Positions 1 through 11,179 are shown, counted from the first letter of the stretch. The stretch: DNA of 64,000 bases from Pholidichthys leucotaenia (GCA_020510985.1 CM035843.1:157059922-157123921), one strand, 5' to 3'. Notes: generated by a model from the letters alone, not told the origin. Made by a program: numbers and translations.

Positions 1-66
1 AGGACAACCCCTCACAGCACCAGTAAACATTCAGAGAACAGACATTGAGATGGTGACATCCTACAA
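1..66 (+). mobile_element. CR1/L2-like LINE (family 4) RT-region fragment. It is the upstream part of a copy that LINE copy a splits.
   Basis: 1..66 is colinear (as reverse complement) with 52000..52060 of the minus-strand family-4 copy. The same sequence resumes at 8377 after the duplicated CCTACAA. Confidence 0.6.
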
Positions 67-552
67 TTCAATTCAATTCAATTTAATTCAATTCAATTCA
101 ATTCAACTTTATTTATATAGCGCCATTTCACAACAACAGTCATCTCATAGCACTTTCAACTGTAGGGGGAACCCCCACAGTTGCAGAAAGACCCCAGCAA
201 TCAGGCGATCCCCTGTGAGCAAGCACTTGGCGACGGTGGAGAGGAAAAACTTCCTTTTAACAGGAAGAAACCTCCAGCAGAACCAGGCTCAGGGAGGGGC
301 AGTCATCTGCTGCGACTGGCTGGGGGGTGAGGGGATAGAGAAGATGAAAAGAACAGACATGTAGAGAGCAAACAACACGATGAGGACTCAATCTATGGGA
401 GAGAGCAAACAGATGTTAATGACCAGCAAAAAAAAATATTTAATTGAGAGTGAAGAAAGGAGCGAGGCCCAGTGCATTATTGGAGGTCCCCTGGCTGACT
501 AAACCTATTAGCAGCATAACTAAGGGAGGGTTCAGAAACACATGATCCCTCC
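67..552 (-). repeat. 3' UTR of LINE copy a, ending in a (CAATTCAATT)n microsatellite tail at 67..110.
   Basis: Reverse complement of 46542..47002 in copy b. The same tail motif recurs at 63592..63675. Confidence 0.8.
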
Positions 553-1584
553 CTAATTGTAGGCTATATCAAAAAGGAAGGTTTTAGCCCTATTCTTAAA
601 AACAGAGATCGAGTCTGACTCCCGAATCCAGATTGGCAGCTGGTTCCACAAGAGAGGAGCTTGATAACTGAAGGCTCTGCCTCCTATTGTACTTTTGGAG
701 ATTCTAGGTATTACAAGTAATCCTGCATTTTTGGAGCATAGTGTTCTGTTAGGATAATAAGGTAGTATCAGATCTTTTAAATAAAAAAGAGCCTGATTGT
801 TTAGAGCTTTGCAAGTAAGAGGAAGGATTCTAAACTTAATTCTAAACTCTATGGGAAGCCAATGAAGGGAGGCCAGAACCGGAGAGATATGATCTCTCTT
901 TCTAGTACCTGTTAAAACTCTTGCTGCAGCATTTTGGATCAGCTGAAGACTTTTTAAAGATGTTTTAGGACAGCCTGATAATAAAGAATTACAATAATCT
1001 AATCTCGAGCTAACAAAAGCGTGGATCAGTTTCTCAGCATCACTCTGAGATAAGATGCTCCTAATCTTGGCAATATTACGCAAATGATAGAAGGCAGTCT
1101 TAGAAACAAATTTAATATGTGAATTGAAGGACAGATCTTGATCAAAAAAAAATTCCAAGGTTCCTCACAGAGCTATTAAGAGAAAGAGTAACCACATCCA
1201 AACTGAAAGTTTGATTTGGAAAGGTATTTCTAAGGTTTTTCGGACCAACAAGAATGACTTCAGTCTTATCTGAATTTAATAGCAGGAAATTACAAGTCAT
1301 CCAAGCTTTGATTTCCTTAAGACAGGCTTCTAACTTGGCTAATTGATTACTATCATCTGGCTTCATTGACAGGTATAATTGTGTGTCATCTGCATAACAA
1401 TGAAAATGTATACAGTGCTTTCTAATAATGTTGCCTAACAGAAGCATATATAAACTAAAAAGAGCAGGGCCTAGCACAGATCCCTGTGGAACTCCATGAC
1501 TAAGCTTTGAGTTGAAAGAAAACTCATTGTTTACATGAACAAACTGGAACCTATCAGATAAAATAAGATCTAAACCACTGCAAC
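553..1584 (-). pseudogene. C-terminal RT part of LINE copy a ORF2 (YADD motif), with at least one frameshift.
   Basis: ORFs 553..1158 and 1142..1477 match copy b residues ([10 protein letters not shown] ... FLFDIAYN). Copy a has an extra T near 1545 relative to copy b. Confidence 0.8.
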
Positions 1585-2101
1585 TGTTACAACCTGAGCG
1601 CTGGGTTCTGTTCGTGCTCGGGCTAAGCTCATCTTGGTGCCGGCCTTGATAGCTGTGGGCTGTATTCTGGCCTCACCGGGCTCTTATTGTGAAGGTGCTC
1701 GGTGGGGCTTCCGCCTGTCAAGGCTGGTCAGCTGTGTGTCATTACTGCTCATTAGTGTTCGCCTTCATAAAGCGGGCACTAGCGACAGTAATGTTGCAGG
1801 AGTATGGTCAACATCTTGTCAGACTTTGTCAACATATTGTCAGATTGTCTACACTTTGTCAAACCTCGTCAAAGCATCACTAGACCTTCATGTCAGGTTC
1901 ATGCTTTTCATGTCACAGTTTAGCTCGTAGTGGCTGGGGGCAGCCCTGCGAGCCCATGTATTGATTTGTGTGTGTTTTTGCCGAGAACGGCTCACAGTCT
2001 TGTCCTGTCTCGTCTTGTATGTTAATAAACCATCATCGCAAAACTCACTGGTGGACTCTTGGCGTCTTATGGTGATCCGCGAGGATCACCGCATGACAGT
2101 A
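1585..2101 (+). repeat. 5' LTR of the non-autonomous LTR element.
   Basis: Direct repeat of 4753..5268. Confidence 0.75.
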
Positions 2102-2159
2102 TACTCCTGCCAGGACGTCCGAACGGAGACGCCACACCGAGACGTTCTTCCCTGTCTGG

Positions 2160-4079
2160 GTGTCTATTGCTGGGAGAATGCCGTCATCCAGGGGCCATGG
2201 TCGGCGCCTGAGTAGAAAGCTAGCGGAGGTTCTGGAGTATGTGGACGGTACTCTATTCACCGCTACGCTGTACGACACTCCCAGCGACATACGCTGGCAC
2301 CTGGACTGCGCTGAGGATCTTCTGGACAATCTTCCCCTCGATTGCGACGGTCACTCGGAGGTGATTATGAGGAGGGAAGAACTCGCTACACAGTGCGAGA
2401 TACTTCGTGGGCTGGAGGAGGAAGAGAGCAGGAAGCAGAGGAGGAGCCATCCTCGCTCCCCGTGTTGGAGTCCCGTTCCCGTCCCAGAGCTGGTCCAGGA
2501 GTGCGCGCCGTCTGGGGGCCGACGACTTCGGCGCAACGGCCCAGGTCACCCTCAGCAGAATCCCCGGCTGGACCTGCTGCTGGCAAAGTCCATCAGCGAA
2601 CCGCCGAGAGCGGCCCCACCTCGTCCATCCAGGGGGCCCTCTGTCGCCATCCAGCGGGGAGAAGGAGGAACAATGTCCCCTACAGCAGGAACCATCTCTG
2701 CCCTGGGAGAAAGGCAAGTGCATGATAATTTATTACATCTTGATTATAATCTGCCTTGTCTGGCTCCTGGGGGCGGAGTTCGGGGTTCGCAGCCCTCCGA
2801 ACTTCCTCCACCTGCTGTAGAGAATGTAACTAAACCTGCTGCCTCTGTGTTCCCCCCTGTCCAGCGGTCCACAACGCCAGGCCAACGTCGTCGGATGAAG
2901 AGGGGGCCTTCAGTGCTGGAAAGCCTGGATCCGGCCCTGCAGCCACATCGTGGACTGAGGAGAAAAGCGGACCGTGACCCGGAGCCTGAGCCGATGAAGA
3001 AGCGTCCCCGGGTCTCCTTGCCGGAGCGGTCCGAGCCAGTGGGTCGAGGGTCCCCTGCCCCCACGCCATACGGGTCTTCGGCGTGGACAGCAGCGCAGGA
3101 GGAACCTCAAGCTGCAGATGCCATCCTGCCAGCTGCGGAGCCCGACGCAGCTGAGTTCGAGCCTGCTGACGAGAGTTGCCGCCCTGAACCTGGATCGTCG
3201 GAGTCCTGGGTGGCAACAGAACCCAAGTGCAGGCAAGTGCTCCCTCTGGTGTCTCTGTCCCCTGTGTTGGAGCATTTTTGCCTGCCTCTCGGGGAGGCGA
3301 GTGAGGAGCAGCCGCCTGCTGCGCCCGAGCTCGTCTCGCTGGGTTATGTTGCTACCGGTGATTCTGATCCCGGTTTTCTTGTTTCTGAGCCTTGTTGCAG
3401 TGTCGCCGGCGTGGAACGAGTCGGAGTCACTGGGTTGGAGGTCCCAGGTTCGGGGGTGGAGATCGTCAGCGGAGCTGCACCGACCCAGTCGGGGTCCGTC
3501 ATGGAGGCTGCTGTGGCCCAATCGGGGTCCGACGTGGGTGCATCAGTGGCCCAATCGGGGTCCACCGCGGGTGCGGTTCTGGCCCAATCGGGGTCCCAAT
3601 GTGGGCGTACCGGAGGCCCAATCAGGGTCCGCCGCAGGTGCGGTTCTGGCCCAATCGGGGTCCGACGTGGGTGCGTCAGAGGCCCGATCGGGGTCCACCG
3701 CGGGCGCGGATCTGGCCCAATCGGAGTCCAACGTGGGTGCACCAGAGGCTCGATTTGGGTCCACCGCGGGTGCAGTTCCGGCCCAATCGGGGCCCGACGT
3801 GGGTGCAGCTGGGACTCAATCGGGGTCCAGCGGAGGTGCAGCGCCAGCGTGGTCTGCGGACAGGGGAGGAGCTGCAGACCTTTCACCGCCGAAGGGATTA
3901 CAGGCTCATCCTGGTCATCTGTTCCCTCTGAGTCACCACCCCTGTGCTTCATCGCCGGGGGCCGTGGGGGCTCCTGTTCGCTCGCCCCGGCTCTCCCGAG
4001 TTTTGTCCTCATCAGGGAGGCCGCCGCAGGCTGTTTTTCCCCGGGACTGGTGGCTGAGGGACACAGTTCGGCCGCCTGA
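2160..4079 (+). CDS. 639-aa ORF of unknown function, Pro/Arg/Gly/Ser-rich, spanning a 33-bp minisatellite. It shows no recognisable gag or pol motif.
   Basis: Longest ORF of the internal region. It has no CCHC, DTG, YxDD or DDE motifs and many out-of-frame overlapping ORFs typical of GC-rich repeats. Confidence 0.3.
   Translation: MSIAGRMPSSRGHGRRLSRKLAEVLEYVDGTLFTATLYDTPSDIRWHLDCAEDLLDNLPLDCDGHSEVIMRREELATQCEILRGLEEEESRKQRRSHPRSPCWSPVPVPELVQECAPSGGRRLRRNGPGHPQQNPRLDLLLAKSISEPPRAAPPRPSRGPSVAIQRGEGGTMSPTAGTISALGERQVHDNLLHLDYNLPCLAPGGGVRGSQPSELPPPAVENVTKPAASVFPPVQRSTTPGQRRRMKRGPSVLESLDPALQPHRGLRRKADRDPEPEPMKKRPRVSLPERSEPVGRGSPAPTPYGSSAWTAAQEEPQAADAILPAAEPDAAEFEPADESCRPEPGSSESWVATEPKCRQVLPLVSLSPVLEHFCLPLGEASEEQPPAAPELVSLGYVATGDSDPGFLVSEPCCSVAGVERVGVTGLEVPGSGVEIVSGAAPTQSGSVMEAAVAQSGSDVGASVAQSGSTAGAVLAQSGSQCGRTGGPIRVRRRCGSGPIGVRRGCVRGPIGVHRGRGSGPIGVQRGCTRGSIWVHRGCSSGPIGARRGCSWDSIGVQRRCSASVVCGQGRSCRPFTAEGITGSSWSSVPSESPPLCFIAGGRGGSCSLAPALPSFVLIREAAAGCFSPGLVAEGHSSAA
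3490..3850. repeat. Minisatellite of about 10-11 units of ~33 bp (GGCCCAATCGGGGTCCGACGTGGGTGC...).
   Basis: Visible tandem periodicity. It translates to a GPIGVRRGC-type peptide repeat in two frames. Confidence 0.75.
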
Positions 4080-4735
4080 GGAACTGTTTCGCCGGTTTGG
4101 CGCCTTGGGTCGGCCACCTGACGTGTTATGTGTGTCTTCAGGCGACCTGGTTCGACCACCGGAGGAGCGGATGTGCTGGGCGTTGGACTCTGGTGAGCCG
4201 CCTGATCATGTTCTGCCTCTTGTGACCACCCGCCGGCTGTTGGACGTGGGGAGACCACCTGAACTGTTCCTGTGGCGCTTGGTCTCCGCCGGTCAGCATA
4301 AACTGTTGGGGGGTAGTGGTTTTTCTGGGTTAATCCGTCAGTGATTGTTCTGTCTTTTTTTTTTCTTGTCCTTGCTGTTCTGTGTATTTTGTGTTTTGGT
4401 TATGTCTTGCAGTTGCCCTAGTATGTGGTTTTGTTCTACTGTTGCCTTGTTTTTATCTCCGTGTATTTTGTCTGATTTTTGAATATTTGTTTTTTTGTCA
4501 TAGTCTTGTGTTTAATATTTCTGACCCACTAGTTCTGTTTTTTTTTTGTTTCCTCCATGTGCATTTTTTGATTTTGTCTGAGTAGTTACTCTTGTCATTG
4601 TCCTGTATGTCGTTTTTCTTGTCTCTGTTTTGTCTTTGGGTTTGGTCTCTCTCCCTCCGCTCCTACCACCGGCCACCCACCCTGGGGGGTGGGGGGTGGG
4701 GGGCAGGGTGGTCCTTGGGGCGTTCTGAGCCCGCC

Positions 4736-4752
4736 CGTGGAGGGAGGGTACT
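4736..4752 (+). promoter_or_regulatory. Putative polypurine tract immediately upstream of the 3' LTR.
   Basis: GGAGGGAGGGTA abuts TGTTAC at 4753. Confidence 0.45.
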
Positions 4753-5268
4753 GTTACGACCCGAGCGCTGGGTTCTGTTTGCGCTCGGGCTAAGCTCAAC
4801 TCGCTGCCGGCCTTGATAGCTGTGGGCTGTATTCTGGCCTCACCGGGCTCTTATTGTGAAGGTGCTCGGTGGGGCTTCCGCCTGTCAAGGCTGGTCAGCT
4901 GTGTGTCATTACTGCTCGTTAGTGTTCGCCTTCATAAAGCGGGCACTAGCGACAGTAATGTTGCAGGAGTATGGTCAACATCTTGTCAGACTTTGTCAAC
5001 ATATTGTCAGATTGTCTACACTTTGTCAAACCTCGTCAAAGCATCACTAGACCTTCATGTCAGGTTCATGCTTTTCATGTCACAGTTTAGCTCGTAGTGG
5101 CTGGGGGCAGCCCTGCGAGCCCATGTATTGATTTGTGTGTGTTTTTGCCGAGAGCGGCTCACAGTCTTGTCCTGTCTCGTCTTGTATGTTAATAAACCAT
5201 CATCGCAAAACTCACTGGTGGACTCTTGGCGTCTTATGGTGATCCACGAGGATCACCGCATGACAGTA
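4753..5268 (+). repeat. 3' LTR of the non-autonomous LTR element.
   Basis: Direct repeat of 1585..2101. Confidence 0.75.
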
Positions 5269-5270
5269 AC

Positions 5271-7246
5271 AAAGTTCCATTAAGTTCAACATAGTGTTCT
5301 AATCTATCAAGTAGAATATTATGATTGATAGTATCAAAAGCTGCACTAAGGTCTAAAAGGACAAGTACAGAAACCAGTCCATTATCAGATGTGATGAGGA
5401 GGTCGTTAGTGACCTTCGCTAAGGCTGTTTCAGTACTATGATGGATTCTAAACCCAGATTGAAACTCTTCAAGTAAACCATTTCCCTGCAGGTGGTCAAA
5501 TAATTGCGTAGCAACAACTCTTTCTAAGATTTTTGAAATGAAAGGGAGATTAGAGATTGGTCTATAGTTAGCTAAAGCTCCTGGATCTAGCGTTGGCTTT
5601 TTGAGTAAGGGTTTAATTACAGCCGTTTTAAAAGCCTGCGGTACATGGCCTAAAGTTAATGAAGAATTGATTATATGAAGAATAAGGCTACCAATAAGTG
5701 GGAAGACTTCTTTAAATAACCTGGTAGGAATAGGGCCTAAAAGACAAGTTGAAGGTTTGGATGAGGAAACTATTTTGTCTAACTCACAAAGATCGATTGG
5801 AGTAAACTCATCAAGACAGACATCAGTTGAAGGAGTTGTAGTAGTTACAGTATTTAAGTTAACTGTGGGAAGAATCTGATTGATTTTATCTCTGATGGAT
5901 GAAATTTTATTATTGAAAAAGTTCATAAAGTCCTGACTAGTAAGCTCTAAGGGAATGCTAGGATTGACAGAGTCCTGACTCTTTGTCAACCTGGCTACAG
6001 TGCTGAAAAGAAACCTGGGATTATTCTTGTTCTCTTCTATTAATGCAGAATAATAACTCGTTCTAGCTTTTCTAAGAGATTTTTTATAGATTAAAAGATG
6101 ATTTCTCCAAACTAAATAGATTTCATCTAAATTAGTGGAGTGCCATTTTCTTTCTAATTGACGAGTCTTCTGTTTTAAGCTACGAGTTTCTGTGTTGAAC
6201 CAAGGAGTTAGAAATCTCTGATTAGACTTTTTCTTTTTTAAGGGGGCCACCAAGTCTAGAGTCTGATGCAGAGAAGCTGTAACACTATCCACCATGTTAT
6301 CAATTACAGAAGGAGCAAGCTGTCTATAGCTTATTTCCGTTGTGTTGACACATGGCATAGAGGAAATAATCTGCATAAATTTGGTAACAGCATCATCTGA
6401 GAGGCATCTACTGTAATAATATTTTTCTTTAGCAGCCAAATAGTCAGAAATAGTAAAATCAAAGGTTAACAGACAATGGTCTGACAGTACAGGGTTATGA
6501 GGAGACACTACAAGATTTTCTATTTCTATGCCATATGTCAGAACAAGGTCCAATGTATGGTGGAGGTAATGAGTAGAATTTCCTACTTTCTGAGAAAACC
6601 CAATCGAGTCTAATATTGAATTAAATGCCACATTAAGGCAGTCACTATCTACATCCACATGTATATTAAAGTCCCTTACTACAATTATTCTATCAGATTT
6701 CAGCACTAAATCAACTAAGAAATCAGCAAATTCGGATAAAAATTCTGAGTAGGTTGATGGGGGACGATAAACTATGGCAAATAAAATTGGGTTTAACCTA
6801 AAATTGCTAAAGTGCCCAATACTGAGGACCAGGCCCTCAAAGGAATTATAACATGTTTTTTGCTTTACATTAACTAGTAATTTGGAATGGTAAATTGTTG
6901 CTACTCCTCCTCCACGACCAGAACTTCTGGGATTTTGACAGTTTAAATAACCAGAGGGAGTTGATTCATTTAAACCAACATAATCCTCTTGCCCTAACCA
7001 AGTCTCTGTAAGGGATATTAATTCAATCTGATGATCAATTAACAGATCATGGACTAACAGAGACTTGGGAGTTAGAGACCTAATATTTAATAAACCACAT
7101 TTAATTTTTAAATTATGAGGAGGAACAGAGGCCGAATCATTCAATTTAGAGGCTTTATGTTTAATTTGAGTTTTACCAATATTTTGCTTAATCACTTTGG
7201 GATGCTTATATATTATATTTTTATTTACTTTGGAGGGAGCAGACAA
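5271..7246 (-). CDS. N-terminal part of LINE copy a ORF2: APE-type endonuclease plus RT N-terminal region.
   Basis: [17 protein letters not shown]...SLTETWL endonuclease signature; RT blocks [14 protein letters not shown]. It is colinear with 43021..45500. Confidence 0.8.
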
Positions 7247-7357
7247 TGATTCTCTGATGGGGAAGACAGGGGCTAAGTTGAGGGGTGGCGGATGAAGAGG
7301 AGCTGCAGAGAGGCGTGTAAGACTGCAACTCTGCTTCCTGGTCCCAACTCTGAGTAG

Positions 7358-8237
7358 TCAAGGTTTTGGAAATTTGGATAAAAAAGATGCCAAATTGTTA
7401 GATAAATGAGAAGCACCATCCAAAGTGGGATGAATGCTGTCTCGTCTCATAAGACCAGGTTTTCCCCAAAATGAGCTCCAATTGTCAATGTAGCCCACGT
7501 TGTTTGCAGAACACCACACAGACAGCCAACGGTTCAAGGATGACGAACGACTAAACATGTCATCACTGGTCAGATTGGGGAGGGGCCCAGAGAATACTAC
7601 AGTGGCAGACATCGTTTTTGCAAAGTCACACACCGATTCTACATTAAGTTTCATGACTTCCGACTGCCGGAGACGGATGTCATTAATGCCAGCGTGAATA
7701 ACAATTGTGGAGTATTTACAGTTACTTTTAGCCAGCATTTTCAAATTTGACTTGATGTCGCCTGCTCTGGCCCCAGGAATGCATTTGAACTATGGCCGCT
7801 GGAGTCTCTAGGTTCACGTTTCTAACTACAAAGTCACCAATGATCAGAGTTTTTTCCTCAGCGGGTGTGTCGCTGAGCAGGGAAAAACGATTAGAAACGT
7901 GAACAGGTTGGTGGTGTACTGGGGCATTGCGACTAGGCTTCCTTCTCACCGTCACCCACCCAGTCTCCTCGCTGCTGAGGAGAGCCGGAGGACCGCTAAG
8001 GGGGTTAGCTATGCTAGCTAGCTCCGCTGCAGCTAAGGGGCGTCCGTCGAGATTAACTGGCGCCGACGGTGTTTCAATACAGCGGAGTCGGGATTCCAAA
8101 TCAGACAACCTCGCCTCGAGCGCCTCAAAAAGACATTTATTACATTTACCGTTATCACTAAAAGAGGCAGAGGTGTAGCTAAACATCTGACAGAGAGAGC
8201 ACACCAGAGGAGGAGAGGAAGGACAGCTAGTAGCCAT
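7358..8237 (-). pseudogene. LINE copy a ORF1 encoding an SGNH/GDSL-esterase-like domain, with one frameshift.
   Basis: IIGDxVV (GDS block), HAGINDI (GxND block) and DSIH (DxxH block). It matches the copy b ORF at 41920..42798. Confidence 0.65.
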
Positions 8238-8376
8238 CGCTAGTGGCTAACCCAAAAGCTCAGGAGAGTGAGAAGAGCAAACCACACAGACAGACAGCAA
8301 AACAGGAAGTGACGATACGTTACCGCAAGGAAGTGATGATCAATCCAATCCACCAAGCGGAATCCTTGGTGGAAAA

Positions 8377-9029
8377 CCTACAAGTACCTAGGTGTTCATT
8401 TGAATAATAAACTAGACTGGTCACACAATACCGACGCACTCTACAAGAAGGGGCAGCGCAGGCTGTTCCCACTGAGGAAGCTCAGGTCTTTTGGTGTACA
8501 AGGGGTGCTCTTGAAGACCTTCTACGATTCGGTGGTGGTATCAGCCATCACTTTTGGAGTGGTCTGCTGGGGCAGTGGCATCACAGCAGCATAGGAAGAA
8601 ACTGAACAAACTGATCAAGAAAGCTAGCTCTGTCCTGGGGCAACGCCTTGACTCAGTGAAGGAGATAGGCGAGAGAAGGATGGTGGCTAAGCTGTCATCT
8701 CTGCTGGAGTCGGAGTCCCACCCTATGCAGGACATACTGAACGCACTGAGGAGCTCATTTAACAGTAGGCTACATCATCCTAGGTGCATGACCGAGAGGT
8801 TTTGCAGGTCCTTCCTACCTACGGCTGTCAGACTTTATAACCTACGCAGGGCTGCTCGCAGAGATAGCAAAAAAACGAGACAACCTAATAATATTGAATG
8901 CAAAAGATGCAACAGACTTACACAAAATGGTCCCCTCCAGTATACAACTAGGAATATAATAGGAATATCATTCGCTACGGAGGGTGACAATATGTATGGG
9001 TACATATTCATACTATGTGGGGTAACTAA
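8377..9029 (+). mobile_element. Family-4 L2-like LINE: RT C-terminal region and proximal 3' UTR.
   Basis: ORFs 8400..8594 and 8554..9117 match the minus-strand ORF 51408..52058 (KLDWSHNTDALYKKGQRRLF...). Confidence 0.7.
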
Positions 9030-10945
9030 AGGGCCTTTTCCACTAGCACGCTTTAGCGCGACACGGGACGGCTCAGCACGCTTTGTACGCTTTTCCACAA
9101 GCCCCAACACGGTTTAACAGCCGCGATTCTCAGCCCTGCTGCAGGGCAGGGTACAGCAGTGCTGAGCTGTGCCGTGTTGTGACGTTAACAGACTGGTCGC
9201 CGCTGATTGGTCAGGTCGTAACCGGCACTGATTGGTCAGGTTGTAACCGCCCCTCTCCTCCTCCTCATCTACCAAATCTTCACGACCTTCTCAATAAAGT
9301 TTTTGAAAAAAAAAAAAAAAATCTTCACGACCGCCTTTACTCAGCACGCAACCATTGTTGGCGGTTCCTTTTCAGTGTATTGCTGTGCTATTTTCATTTA
9401 TTCTCTATCAAAAATGTCTTCACGTAATAAGGGTGTTCCATGGACCAATAAGGAGCTGCAGTGTCTGCTCACTGCATTGTCAGACGAACGTATTCAGCAC
9501 GAGTTAGACGGAGCCGCCCGGAATGAAAAAATATACCGGGAGGTCTGGACATCGGAGTCCTTTAACGGTGAGTTTTAATTTTTTTTTTATTGTGCGTTTT
9601 TTTGCAAATATATTCGGTAAGACGCTCAGTTTATTTATGCAATAAAAAAGCTGTTCATTTGTGGATGGATCGCTGCTTTATTGCAGCACACTGCGGACTA
9701 AAGCTTTTATTTTAATTATTCATGTGAACAATACGCTGAAATAAGCGTATGTATTCTTGTTAAAAACTATTGTCTTTTCTGTATATATTGCACTTTCGTG
9801 CTGTATTTTATTGTGTGCATTTTCCTTGTAGAATCATCCCACGCGTCCGCCGCGACAGCCCGCACGGATTATTCAACCGAGCCTTCCTGACCCACAGCAG
9901 GCAGAGACGGCTTCATTCATCCGAGTCGTGACCCAGTTTGGGAAGCTGGTGTAGACACTCAGTGGTCGGCGTGTATAAAATGTCGATTAACCTTCATGTT
10001 GTGTTGCAAAGTTTTTTTTTCTGTTAATATTTTGTATATAATAAAATGGAATTGTTTTGGAAAGTGTGGTTTGTCTGTTATAACACTGAATTATAAAACA
10101 GTATAATTACATAGAAATTCCATTGCCTAGTCTGATCTGATCTTCCTGTCAGGGGTCAACCATTGTAAAGGTAATGTAATTTTTAACTAGACCAAAAAAC
10201 AAATGTTTTTGTAAGCTTTCTGTTCTTTTTATTGAAATATCATAAAAAATTAGCCCCACATGATCCAGTTCTAAACTTTGGGTACATTTTTTATGTTAAC
10301 TTATAAGAAGTTGCACAGTTGGACTTTAAAATGCAGCAGGAGAGACTGATCAAGCTTACAAGTCAAAGTAGGTAAAAAAAAGTAAGTATATGTAAATTGA
10401 ATGTTCTATCGGCATTCCAAATTCAGAGAATTACAATACTTTAGAAGGAGTGTAGCCTCATCTAAACGGAAAATAATAATACTGTTGTTCCAAACGTTGA
10501 CCTGAAGGTGAAAAACATGATTTTTTTTTAATTCAGTACATCCAAAATGCCCTAGGATGTGGTGTTGGACAGTGTGCCACCGTCTCATTATTTAATACGA
10601 ATAAAAACAAGTTTCAGCTCATTATTTCTAGGTCATTTGGCAGTTAATTCAAAACAAAAGTGACTTGTGTTGTTGCAGCTTAGTTATGAGATAAAATTAA
10701 TTGTGAGATAAATCCACAGAGCGAGCAAGGCAATAATCCTTGGATCCCTTTTTGTCTTGTGTAAATAAGGACACAGTCAGGTGCGTAACGTCACGGGAGT
10801 GTGGCCCCGCCTCGCTGAGAATCTGCTGCTGCCCCGCTTCTAAAACCTCCTAACACAAACCATCACAGCACAAGCACAACAGCGTGCTAATGGAGACAGA
10901 AGCATTCCGAGCCGTACTGAAGTGAATCGAGCCGTACCGAGGTGT
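9030..10945 (+). mobile_element. Non-autonomous PIF/Harbinger DNA transposon with ~180-bp TIRs, a TAA target-site duplication, a Myb/SANT-like ORF and no transposase.
   Basis: Left end AGGGCCTTTTCCACTAGC and reverse-complemented right end AGCCTGTTTTCCACTAGC. TAA is duplicated at 9027..9029 and 10946..10948. The uninterrupted LINE 3' UTR is seen as the reverse complement of 51400..51440. Confidence 0.7.
9414..9567 (+). CDS. Myb/SANT-like (Harbinger accessory-protein type) first coding exon, followed by a GTGAG splice donor.
   Basis: MSSRNKGVPWTNKELQCLLTALSDERIQHELDGAARNEKIYREV resembles Harbinger-associated Myb/SANT-like DNA-binding domains. A donor GGTGAG lies at 9567..9572. Confidence 0.45.
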
Positions 10946-10948
10946 GCT

Positions 10949-11172
10949 GGGCTAGTGGAAAACAGGCTTAAATAGACGGTTATGCTGTTTATTCCATCTA
11001 GCTACAATGCTCCGCACTGTGTATATATATTTATATATTTATGTGTACATATGTATATTCACTGCTCTTATTTTCTTATCTTCTAAATTATTACTCTGAG
11101 TGTTGCTATCCCTGTGCTGTTGCAATCCTGGAATTTCCCCATTGTGGGACTAATAAAGGCTTATCTTATATT
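10949..11172 (+). mobile_element. Distal 3' UTR of the family-4 L2-like LINE with a (CTTAT)n tail.
   Basis: Matches the reverse complement of 51183..51400. The tail is CTTATCTTAT. Confidence 0.65.
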
Positions 11173-11179
11173 TTCTTCA

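Larger units (their letters stand above)
1585..5270 (+). mobile_element. Non-autonomous LTR-retrotransposon-like element with ~517-bp direct LTRs and no pol, inserted in the RT of LINE copy a.
   Basis: 1585..2101 and 4753..5268 are near-identical, beginning TGTTAC and ending GACAGTA. A polypurine run GGAGGGAGGGTA lies directly 5' of the 3' LTR. The LINE reading frame resumes on both sides. Confidence 0.7.
67..8376 (-). mobile_element. Full-length CR1/L2-like LINE (copy a) with esterase-type ORF1 and APE+RT ORF2. It carries a nested LTR element and is flanked by TSD CCTACAA.
   Basis: ORF1 at 7358..8237 and ORF2 at 5234..7246 plus 553..1477 are colinear with the plus-strand copy at 41787..47002. 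CCTACAA is duplicated at 60..66 and 8377..8383. Confidence 0.85.

Noticed and set aside
2253-4344. Many overlapping ORFs on both strands inside the LTR-element interior (for example 2910..3521 minus, 3118..4344 plus, 3344..4258 minus).
   Set aside because: They are GC-rich and repeat-driven. The frames are mutually exclusive and have no motifs. Only the longest (2160..4079) is reported, at low confidence.
1585-5270. Interpreting the 517-bp direct repeats as a segmental duplication rather than LTRs.
   Set aside because: The TG start, the polypurine tract abutting the 3' copy and the precise restoration of the LINE reading frame on both sides favour a single insertion event. The ambiguous TSD keeps confidence moderate.
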